Positions 41,850-50,191 of a stretch of DNA of 64,000 nt are shown in pieces (within the stretch, counting starts at the first letter, position 1; each line of letters begins with the position of its first letter). The DNA lies in contig OZ252285.1 of assembly GCA_965250055.1 (NCBI GenBank), positions 2,599,767 through 2,663,766 on the forward strand, written 5' to 3'. Both the position numbers and the translations under genes were made by a program. Source of the DNA: Phycisphaerales bacterium. GTDB taxonomy: Bacteria > Planctomycetota > Phycisphaerae > Phycisphaerales > UBA1924. A model generated the notes under the pieces. It was not told where the DNA came from, did no database searches, and saw only the letters and a list, made by a program, of their open reading frames with translations.

Positions 41850-43190
41850 TTAGTGTTGGAAGGGGTACAACCCCTGAAGATCAAGGATCTGGGTGAGTTC
41901 ATCGAGGATCCCGATGCAGTTCTCCGCGAGCTTGGGGTCCAGGAGGTCATTCTGGGTGATCTCGTCGGGGTACGAACGGCTGACAAACTCGACGAGCCTC
42001 GCGTGCAGGTCATCGGTCATGATCACGCCGGGATGGACGGCAGCGAGTTCGTCTTGCGACAGCGGGACACGCAGTCGCAGACACGCTGGTCCTCCGCCGT
42101 TGCGCATCGATTCGCGGACGTCGAGGAAGTGGACCGTGTTGATGGGGTTGCTTGAGTCCTCGACCATCTTGGAGATGAACTGAGCGACGCGCGGATTCTC
42201 GCTGGACTCGAGCGGCGCGATCAGCGCCATCGATCCATCGGGGAGCGTGACGATCTGCGAGTTAAAGAGGTAGCTCTTGACGGCGTCTTCGAGCGAGAAG
42301 TCCGTGTCGTGCGCTTCGATAGTCGTGAGGGGTTGTCCGAGCGGCGACGCGAGATCGGTGAGCATAGAGCGCGAGGTCGCGAACGCTTGCTCGTGGTAGA
42401 GGAATACGGACTCATTCCCGGTCGCGATGACGTCGTTGTGGAAGACCCCCGCGTCGATCGCGTCGGGGTGCTGGCGCGCGAAGATCACGCGGGAATCATC
42501 GAGCTGGTGCGTGCGAGCGATCGCTTCGCACGCGGCTCGCGTCTGGCGCGATGGGTAGTTTCGAGCGCTGTTGGATGGGTCGTGGATATCCACGCCGTAG
42601 ACGAAGAGCTCGACTCCTGGTTGTCCGTGCGAAGAAGCGAAACGGATGTGGTTCGCGGCTCCCTCGTCCGCAAAGCGCGCCTGGTCTGGGAGTGGATCGT
42701 GAACAACAAAGTGGGAGGGGTCTTTGAAGATCATCCGCAGAGCGCGCGTCGTCGTGGGGTGCTCGATGGAGCGGTGGAGATTGGAGACGAGGTTCGCAGG
42801 CGTGAAGTGGACCTTCTTGTCTTTGGTGTCAGGACTCGGCGAGACCGTCGCGGCGTTGGCGGCCCACATCGAGCTGGCGCTCCAGACCGCCGCGATCAGC
42901 GTGGGGTCCGCGTCTCGTGCTTGAGCGAGCAGGTGCGCGTCGGATCCCTCGAATCCGATCCGGCGGAGGAAGCTCAGATCTGGACGCTGCTGAGGGGGGA
43001 GGACGGCTTGTGTGAGACCCAGATCCATGAGGGTCTTCATCTTGGAGAGTCCCTGGAGCGCGGCGGCTTTGGGTTTGGAGATCCCGCCGGCGTTGGAGAG
43101 CGAGGCGATGTTCCCGGCCGAGAGACCCGCATAATTATGCGTCGGGCCGATGAGCCCATCAAAGTTGACCTCGATGTATTGTGCTGGCAT
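41850..43190 (-). CDS. astB: N-succinylarginine dihydrolase
   Basis: N-terminus EVNFDGLIGPTHNYAGLSAGNIAS and C-terminal GGGPACLRLRV with the catalytic Cys, typical AstB. Size is 446 aa. Confidence 0.88.
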   Translation of the reverse strand: MPAQYIEVNFDGLIGPTHNYAGLSAGNIASLSNAGGISKPKAAALQGLSKMKTLMDLGLTQAVLPPQQRPDLSFLRRIGFEGSDAHLLAQARDADPTLIAAVWSASSMWAANAATVSPSPDTKDKKVHFTPANLVSNLHRSIEHPTTTRALRMIFKDPSHFVVHDPLPDQARFADEGAANHIRFASSHGQPGVELFVYGVDIHDPSNSARNYPSRQTRAACEAIARTHQLDDSRVIFARQHPDAIDAGVFHNDVIATGNESVFLYHEQAFATSRSMLTDLASPLGQPLTTIEAHDTDFSLEDAVKSYLFNSQIVTLPDGSMALIAPLESSENPRVAQFISKMVEDSSNPINTVHFLDVRESMRNGGGPACLRLRVPLSQDELAAVHPGVIMTDDLHARLVEFVSRSYPDEITQNDLLDPKLAENCIGILDELTQILDLQGLYPFQH

Positions 43191-43539
43191 AGGGTGAGGG
43201 TAGGTCTGGGTGGGTGCGGAATTTCTGAAAATACGGATTTTTGGCTCGTGAATGGGGTATTTCGGCCCGTGTAGATCGCTCGTGGGGGTATGCCGGTCAT
43301 AGCGGCTCAGGCTCGCGGATGACTGGAAGTGAGCAGGGGAGCGGATGGGTGGTATTGGACAATCGTGTGTCCAATGAGGGTGGAGTGACTTGACAAATGC
43401 TCCGATGGCGCGTTCCGTGTCGGCTCAGACTATCTATATATGGCACACGATCCGGCGGATCCTGTGGGAATACGTTCGTTGGAATAAGAGTGTCTGATCG
43501 GTGCATTAAGTGAGCAGATGGTCCAAACGAGAGGCGTTC

Positions 43540-46389
43540 ATGGCCAAGAAGACGGCATCCAAGAAGACGACCAAAAAGAAAGCCGCGAAAAAAACGGCGA
43601 AGAAGACGACCAAGAAGACCACCAAAAAGGTCTCTAAGGCGGCTTCGAAGAAGACCACCAAGAAAGCGGGCGGTCGGAAGTTTGGGAGTAACTACAAAGC
43701 GGGTTCCGCGAAGGGCAAGTCCCTCGTGATCGTGGAATCCCCGGCCAAAGCCAAGACCATCAACAAATACCTCGGAGACGAGTTCGTCGTCCTCGCATCG
43801 GTGGGGCACGTGCGGGACCTCCCCTCAAAGAACCCCAAGGGTGTCAAGGACCCTGTTCCCGGCGTCAAGCTCGATAAGCGGTTCCAGCCGAGCTATGAGA
43901 TCCTGAGCGGCAAGGAGCAGGTGGTCAAGGACCTCAAGCGAGCCGCGAAGGATGCACAATCGACTGGCGGACAGGTCTGGTTCGCGACCGACCTTGATCG
44001 CGAAGGGGAAGCGATCGCGTGGCACGTCGCGCAGGAGCTGGGGATCAGTTCCAAAGAAGCACAGCGCGTAATGTTCTCGTCGATCACCAAAGCGGAGATC
44101 GAGCGAGCGTTCCATAACCCCCACGCGATCGACGAGGAGCGCGTCAATGCGCAGCAGGCGCGACGCATTCTTGACCGCATCGTGGGGTACCAGGTGTCGC
44201 CGTTGCTTTGGAAGAAGGTCGCGCGTGGTCTGAGCGCGGGGCGCGTGCAGTCGGTCGCGGTGCGATTGGTCGTGGAGCGCGAGCGTCAGATCCAAGCGTT
44301 TGTTCCCGACGAATACTGGACAGTGACAGGGAACTTCGCGCTCGATGCGGACCAAGCTACCAAGCTTGGTCCTCAGTGGGACACGTTCATCAACACGCTT
44401 GATGAGAAGGGCAAGGGTCCGAGCATCAAGACACAGAACGGCTGGCTGGCGCAGAACAACACCGTCCGCGCGCAGCTCGTCGAGTTTGATGGCAAGAAGT
44501 TCGATCCGCGGATCATCTCGTCCAAGATTGTCCCGGAACTCGAGGTGCTCAACCACGACACGATCGAGCAGCGCCGCGAGGAGGTCAACCAAGCGTTTGC
44601 TGATCCGAGTACGCACGATCTGACGGGAGAGATCGAGAAGGTCGTCGCGTCGTGCGGACTGCGGGACGTGACGAGCACGATCAAGGACGACAGCGAGGGT
44701 GTCGGGCCGGCGCGTTGGGTGCGGGAAGTCTCCGGCACGTGCGACGCGAACTGCAAATACACAATCGAATCCATCGAGACCAAGCGGACCAAATCGCGTG
44801 CACCAGCGCCGTTCATCACCTCGACGATGCAGCAGTCCGCTTCCTCGCGACTGGGTTTCGGCGCTCAGCGGACGATGCGCGCCGCCCAGGGGTTGTACGA
44901 GGGTGTGAATATCCCAGGAGAAGGACCGACAGGTTTGATCACCTACATGCGTACCGACTCGACGCACATCGATGGATCGGCGCTCAACGCGGTGCGCGGA
45001 CACATCCAGAAAACCTACGGCGACAAGTACCTCCCAGAGAAACCAAACTTCTTCAAGACCTCCAACAAGGGCGCGCAAGAAGCACACGAAGCGATCCGTC
45101 CGACGGATGTGTCGCGGACGCCGGACTCGCTGCCCAAGTCGCTCAAGCCGGACCAAGTGAAGCTGTACAAGCTGATCTGGGAGCGGTTCGTCGCGTGTCA
45201 GATGGTCGCGGCTCAGTGGGATGCGACGAGTGTGATGATCCGAGGGGGCGAAGGCAACAAGGCGCTGTTCAAAGCCAACGGCCGCACGCTTGCGTTTGAC
45301 GGTCACTACCGCGTTTCGGGAGTCCCAACGAGCGGCGATGAGCTGAACCTGCCGGTGCTTGCTGAGCAGCAACCGATGTATCCGTTCGCGATCGAGCCGG
45401 GACAGAAGTTTACTTCGGCGCCGGGACGCTTCTCTGAAGCGAGTCTGATCAAGACGCTCGAATCGGAAGGGATCGGACGTCCATCAACGTACGCGAGCAT
45501 CATCCAGACGATCCAGGACCGCAAGTATGTCGAGCAGATCCAGCGCGCGTTCTGGGCGACCGATTTGGGAATGGTCGTGACCGACAAGCTCGTCGAGGGG
45601 TTCCCGATCCTGATGGACCTGGGATACACACGCGATATGGAGGGCAAGCTCGACGCGATCGAGGAGGAACACCTCGACTGGATCGAGATGCTCGAAGGGT
45701 TCTACGGGCGATTCTCGAAGAGTCTGGAAAAAGCGCACGAAGAGATGACGCACGCGAAAGCGGAGACGCGTCCCGCTCCGGAGGAATACCGCTGCGAGCA
45801 GTGCGGCTCATCGCTGGTCTACCGATTCGGGAAGAACGGGCGATTCTTGAGCTGCTCGACCTATCCCGATTGCAGCTGGGCGTGTCCGTGTGATCGTCAG
45901 GGACGTCCTCAGATGGCGGAGTTTGTGGATGTGAAGTGTCCCAAGACCGGACGTCCGATGATCCGAAAGACCGGACGCTTTGGGCCGTTCCTGACGACCC
46001 CGCTTGAAGAGGGCGAGAGCAACGACGACGGGATGATCCTCAACATAGACAAGAAGGGCTACGTCAACGCGCCCAGCGTTCCGCCGCTGGAGACGACGCT
46101 GGAATGTCCGACGTGTCAGAGTCCGCTCAATCTCCGCAATGGAGCACGAGGACCTTGGCTCGGATGCTCGCGCTTCCCCAAGTGCCGAGGGCGAGGCAAG
46201 TGGACGGCGCTGGAAGACCACGAACGCGCCGATCTTGAGGCGAAGCTCTCAAAGCACGAAGCGGCGCATCCAGTCCCGATCATCGTTCGGATGGATGGCA
46301 CTCCGCTGACGGACAGCAAGGGCAAGCCCGTGGAGAACGCGCCGACGGTTGAGGAGTTGGTCCTCGAAGACGATCCGCGCGGCGCATAA
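43540..46389 (+). CDS. topA: DNA topoisomerase I (type IA) with N-terminal Lys-rich tail and C-terminal zinc ribbons
   Basis: SD GAGAGG. Toprim LVIVESPAKAKTI, active-site region GLITYMRTDS, and CxxC...CxxC ribbons (CEQCGS...CSTYPDC; CPTCQS...CSRFPKC). The first ~58 aa are AKKT/TKKT repeats. Confidence 0.93.
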   Translation: MAKKTASKKTTKKKAAKKTAKKTTKKTTKKVSKAASKKTTKKAGGRKFGSNYKAGSAKGKSLVIVESPAKAKTINKYLGDEFVVLASVGHVRDLPSKNPKGVKDPVPGVKLDKRFQPSYEILSGKEQVVKDLKRAAKDAQSTGGQVWFATDLDREGEAIAWHVAQELGISSKEAQRVMFSSITKAEIERAFHNPHAIDEERVNAQQARRILDRIVGYQVSPLLWKKVARGLSAGRVQSVAVRLVVERERQIQAFVPDEYWTVTGNFALDADQATKLGPQWDTFINTLDEKGKGPSIKTQNGWLAQNNTVRAQLVEFDGKKFDPRIISSKIVPELEVLNHDTIEQRREEVNQAFADPSTHDLTGEIEKVVASCGLRDVTSTIKDDSEGVGPARWVREVSGTCDANCKYTIESIETKRTKSRAPAPFITSTMQQSASSRLGFGAQRTMRAAQGLYEGVNIPGEGPTGLITYMRTDSTHIDGSALNAVRGHIQKTYGDKYLPEKPNFFKTSNKGAQEAHEAIRPTDVSRTPDSLPKSLKPDQVKLYKLIWERFVACQMVAAQWDATSVMIRGGEGNKALFKANGRTLAFDGHYRVSGVPTSGDELNLPVLAEQQPMYPFAIEPGQKFTSAPGRFSEASLIKTLESEGIGRPSTYASIIQTIQDRKYVEQIQRAFWATDLGMVVTDKLVEGFPILMDLGYTRDMEGKLDAIEEEHLDWIEMLEGFYGRFSKSLEKAHEEMTHAKAETRPAPEEYRCEQCGSSLVYRFGKNGRFLSCSTYPDCSWACPCDRQGRPQMAEFVDVKCPKTGRPMIRKTGRFGPFLTTPLEEGESNDDGMILNIDKKGYVNAPSVPPLETTLECPTCQSPLNLRNGARGPWLGCSRFPKCRGRGKWTALEDHERADLEAKLSKHEAAHPVPIIVRMDGTPLTDSKGKPVENAPTVEELVLEDDPRGA

Positions 46390-46455
46390 GTCGCTGACCT
46401 ATTTCACGCCCACAGTTGATGGAGCTGGGTGAGTTGAACACATCGCGGGCGTACC

Positions 46456-48321
46456 ATGTCAGCGATGAGTAGCTTGCTGATGAGCACCAACTCGAAGCAG
46501 TTTGTCCGCAAGATCGGGCGCTGGGTGCACGATCATCCCGACGGGTGGCTCAACATCATCGGAGCGGTGATCGGGATCCTGACAGCGCTGGCAGCGATCG
46601 GGTTCGCGTGGACGCTTGAGCTCGTCGAGCACTGGACGGAGCATCTTCAAGGAGAGTTGCAAGGTGCGGATGGTTCGCGCCTGTGGTTGATGCCGTTGAT
46701 CCCGATGGTGGGGGCACTGGTGACCGGAGTTTTGGTGTATTTCTTTGCGCGAGAGGCGGCGGGGCACGGCGTTCCCCAGGTGCTCGATGCGATCGTGCGT
46801 CGAGGTGGGATCGTCCGAAAGCGTGTGGGATTTATCAAAGTTGTCACTTCGATTTGCACCGTCGGTACCGGCGGATCGGCGGGTGCGGAAGGACCAATTG
46901 TTCAGGCGGGTGCCGTCATCGGTTCGAGCATGGCCCAGCGTCTTGGTATCGAGCGCAAGCACATCAACACGCTGGTGGGGTGCGGCGCGGCAGCGGGGAT
47001 CGCGAGTATCTTTAACGCGCCGATCGCGGGTGTATTCTTTGCACTCGAGATCCTGCTTCGTGATTTTTCGCTCCGGACGTTTACTCCGATTGTGATGGCT
47101 TCGGTGTTCGCGACCGCATTCACACAGGTGGTGCTCCCGAGCGAGGACGCGATCTTTGCGTTTGAGTTGTCGGGCTACTTGTTCACGCTGCTCGAGCTCC
47201 CAAGCTACATGATTCTTGGATTGGTGTGCGCTGGCGCGTCGTGGATGTTTGTGGAGATGCTGCACATCGCAGAGGACGCGTTTGGGCGCGTGAATCTGCA
47301 TCGGATCCTCAAGCCCGTCCTCGGGGCGTTGCTGCTCGGGATGCTCGGCATGGTCGGACAGCGTGCGTGCCACGCTCTTGATACAAGCTCGCTAGTTCCG
47401 GTGGATTCAGCGGTTCCGGTCTTCTTTGGCAACGGTTACGCGATGATCCGCTCGCTGCTCGATCCGCTGCACTTCACGGCCGCGGACGTGACCTGGAGTG
47501 CGGTGATCACGCTCGGATTGTTATTGTTTGCCAAGATCGTCGCGACGAGCTGCACGCTCGGATCGGGAGGTTCGGGTGGTGTGTTCGCGCCGTCACTGTT
47601 CATCGGTGCGACCGTCGGCGGGACCTACGGCTTGATCCTCGATATGCTCGGATTGATCCCCTCAGGGGGGTCCCCCGCGAGCTACGCGCTTGTTGGGATG
47701 GCGGCGGTCGTCGCCGGTGCGACCTTCGCGCCGATGACCGCGATCCTGATGCTCTTTGAGCTGACACGTGAGCCCAGGGTGCTTGCGCCGATTATGCTCG
47801 CGGCGATCATCTCCACGATGTTCTCGCGGATGTTCATGGCAAACTCGATCTACACCGCCAAGCTCCGAAGAGCGGGCGTGCGGATCGGGACTGGTCGTGA
47901 TCTCGGGATCCTGCGCCACGTGCCGCTCGCGAGCGTGAAGTATGATTCGCTCCCGAGCGAGCCGGTCTATGCGTCTGATCCGCTCAGCAAACTCATCACG
48001 CTCCACGCGCACCACAACATCCCCGACTTCCCAGTGATCGATCACGAGGGGTGCTACATCGGGATGGTGACGGGACGCGACATGCGCTCGGCGCTGATCG
48101 ATCGTGAAGCGATCCCGCTGCTGCTCGTCGCAGAGCTGATGCGGACCGATATCCCGACTGTGTCTGCTGGAGAGCATCTGGACACAGTGCTCGACAAGTT
48201 CAGCAAGTCCGATGTATCGAGCTTGTGCGTGGTGGACCAGTTCGGACAGATGAATCCAGTGGGTCTGGTCACGCGCGAGCAGGTGATGAAGCGTCACAAC
48301 GATGTGCTTGATGAGGGATGA
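46456..48321 (+). CDS. ClC-family chloride channel/antiporter with C-terminal CBS pair
   Basis: GSGGSAGAEGPIVQ, GSGGSGGVFAPSLF and GMAAVVAGATFAPMT selectivity-filter motifs. Two CBS-like repeats at the C-terminus. Confidence 0.9.
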   Translation: MSAMSSLLMSTNSKQFVRKIGRWVHDHPDGWLNIIGAVIGILTALAAIGFAWTLELVEHWTEHLQGELQGADGSRLWLMPLIPMVGALVTGVLVYFFAREAAGHGVPQVLDAIVRRGGIVRKRVGFIKVVTSICTVGTGGSAGAEGPIVQAGAVIGSSMAQRLGIERKHINTLVGCGAAAGIASIFNAPIAGVFFALEILLRDFSLRTFTPIVMASVFATAFTQVVLPSEDAIFAFELSGYLFTLLELPSYMILGLVCAGASWMFVEMLHIAEDAFGRVNLHRILKPVLGALLLGMLGMVGQRACHALDTSSLVPVDSAVPVFFGNGYAMIRSLLDPLHFTAADVTWSAVITLGLLLFAKIVATSCTLGSGGSGGVFAPSLFIGATVGGTYGLILDMLGLIPSGGSPASYALVGMAAVVAGATFAPMTAILMLFELTREPRVLAPIMLAAIISTMFSRMFMANSIYTAKLRRAGVRIGTGRDLGILRHVPLASVKYDSLPSEPVYASDPLSKLITLHAHHNIPDFPVIDHEGCYIGMVTGRDMRSALIDREAIPLLLVAELMRTDIPTVSAGEHLDTVLDKFSKSDVSSLCVVDQFGQMNPVGLVTREQVMKRHNDVLDEG

Positions 48322-48788
48322 AGAACATGAGCAAAAGGCAAGTTCTCACCGTATCGCTTGTTGTTATTGCTCTGCTTTTGATCATGTATTTCATGTGGTC
48401 AGTGGTCTCATCGTTAGCACATAATGCGAGACTTCGAGGCAATTTAGCAATGATGCGTTCCCATGTTCATGCCTTAAATTTGTACGCAGAGAATAATGAA
48501 GATCGGTTTCCCGGAACAGACGAGTGGCCAGAAGTATTGATTGAACACGGTTACATTGATTCCAGTCTGATTGAGTTTGCGGATGTGGACTCTGATCAGG
48601 TGGTATATCAGTACTTTCCATTTCTTGGTGGGATTGAATCAGACTGGATTCTGCTCTTCGAAGAACCGGACCACTGGGATGAGGGGGTAGTTGTTGGGTT
48701 TGCAAACAATCATGTAGAAATTATCGAACACGGCAAATTCGAGCAGATGCTTGCAGATCAGATCGCTGAGGAAGCATCCCGTCCTTGA
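48318..48788 (+). CDS. Hypothetical N-terminally anchored protein in a low-G+C islet
   Basis: ATG 48318 overlaps the ClC TGA (ATGA); alternative ATG at 48327. One TM (VLTVSLVVIALLLIMYFMWSVV). The segment NLAMMRSHVHALNLYAENNEDRFPG faintly recalls pseudopilin-like DUF1559 N-regions. G+C is visibly about 40-45% by eye. Confidence 0.55.
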   Translation: MKNMSKRQVLTVSLVVIALLLIMYFMWSVVSSLAHNARLRGNLAMMRSHVHALNLYAENNEDRFPGTDEWPEVLIEHGYIDSSLIEFADVDSDQVVYQYFPFLGGIESDWILLFEEPDHWDEGVVVGFANNHVEIIEHGKFEQMLADQIAEEASRP

Positions 48789-48826
48789 TTGTGAAACCAG
48801 ATTCACGCTTTCCCATACACTGTGGT

Positions 48827-50191
48827 ATGAACACAGGAACTGCTATCGCTCTATTCACGCTCGCTTCGGTTTCGTGGATCGCTCATGCTGATGATCCAAT
48901 CCAGGATGCGGTGCACAAACATATCGAGCCGTTGGTTGAGACCAAGCTGGTCCCAGGCGCGGTGGTGGGGGTGTATCAGGAAGGCAAGGAGTCGTACTAC
49001 ACGCTCGGGACGCTCGCGTTTGGTGGTGAGGAGTCGCCCTCATTTGATACGCTCTATGAGATCGGTTCGATCTCGAAGGTCATGACCGGCGTGCTCTTCG
49101 CGGACGCGATCCGCAGGGGTGAGGTAACCAAACACACGCTTGTCGATGAGCTGCTCCCGGAGGGGGTTGACGCGAAGGACTACGAGGGAACGGAGGTCGA
49201 GCTCTGGCATCTGACGACGCACTCATCGGGTTGGCCGACCGCGCCGGCGAATCTGCGTCCGACTGATCCGGATAAGCCGTTCGAGGGATACACGCAGGAG
49301 ATGCTGTTTGAGTACATCTCGAAGGTCAAACCAAAGCGAGCGCCGGGGACGGAGTTCGAGTACTCGAACCTTGCTGTTGGACTGCTCGGAGATCTGGTCG
49401 CGGCCAACGCTGGGATGGGGTACGAAGAGGCGGTGATCGAGCGCGTGTTTGATCCGATGGGGGTCGAGGGGTTCCAGATTGTTCTCAATGAGGAGCAGTC
49501 GAAGATGCTCGCGCCCGCGACATCGAGCGGCCGATCGTCGAAGCCTTGGGGGGATATCGGTCCGATGAATCCAGCGGGGATGTGGGTCGCGTCCGCGCCG
49601 TCGCTGCTGGGGTTCGCAATCGCGAACCTGAGCGACGAGGAGGGCGGGATCTATGAGTCGCTCGAGCTCTCGCGCGAGCCGATGTTTGAGAGTGGGTTTG
49701 GCGAGGTGTGCTTCGGATGGATGCTCGCGAAGGACGGCTCGACCTATTGGCACAACGGCATGACAGGCGGGTACTCGTCGTACTTTGCGGTCAATCGTGA
49801 ACTGGACCTCGCGGTCGTCGTCCTCACCAACGGCACCACCTTCTTCACCACCAGCGCCGGCGAGAAGCTGGTTCAAGAGCTTGGTGGTTTGAGTCCAGAT
49901 CCCGTTGAGATCGAGGTGAGCGAGGGGGTCGATGCGGAGTACGCGAAGCGCGTGGTCGGCGAGTACAAGGGGCAGTACTTCACGATGTACATCACGAGCG
50001 AAGCGGGGAAGCTGTTCGCGCGGATCACGGGTCAGCAGGCGCTGGTCGTCGCGCCGACGGATGCGGACGATCGCTTCCGATACGAGCTGGTCGATGCGGA
50101 GATCGAGTTCGCTTTTGAAGATGAGCAGGCAACAACAGTGACGCTGCATCAGAACGGACAAGAGTTCGTGTGCACTCGGGTGAAAGATTAA
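48827..50191 (+). CDS. Secreted serine hydrolase, beta-lactamase (class C / PBP4*-like) family
   Basis: Signal peptide MNTGTAIALFTLASVSWIAHA, SxxK motif (GSISKVMTG) and YSN motif (FEYSNLAVGLLG). Alternative coupled TTG start at 48785. Confidence 0.82.
   Translation: MNTGTAIALFTLASVSWIAHADDPIQDAVHKHIEPLVETKLVPGAVVGVYQEGKESYYTLGTLAFGGEESPSFDTLYEIGSISKVMTGVLFADAIRRGEVTKHTLVDELLPEGVDAKDYEGTEVELWHLTTHSSGWPTAPANLRPTDPDKPFEGYTQEMLFEYISKVKPKRAPGTEFEYSNLAVGLLGDLVAANAGMGYEEAVIERVFDPMGVEGFQIVLNEEQSKMLAPATSSGRSSKPWGDIGPMNPAGMWVASAPSLLGFAIANLSDEEGGIYESLELSREPMFESGFGEVCFGWMLAKDGSTYWHNGMTGGYSSYFAVNRELDLAVVVLTNGTTFFTTSAGEKLVQELGGLSPDPVEIEVSEGVDAEYAKRVVGEYKGQYFTMYITSEAGKLFARITGQQALVVAPTDADDRFRYELVDAEIEFAFEDEQATTVTLHQNGQEFVCTRVKD

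Noticed and set aside
43546-43680. 12-nt tandem repeats, considered as a non-coding VNTR or regulatory array.
   Set aside because: They are in frame with topA and directly continuous with the Toprim domain. They are reported instead as a coding Lys-rich tail.
43297-43809. A 170-aa minus-strand ORF upstream of and overlapping the topA start (Leu/Phe/Gly/Arg repeats).
   Set aside because: It is the antisense reading of the AAGAAGACC Lys-Thr codon repeats of the topA tail. There is no SD or motif.
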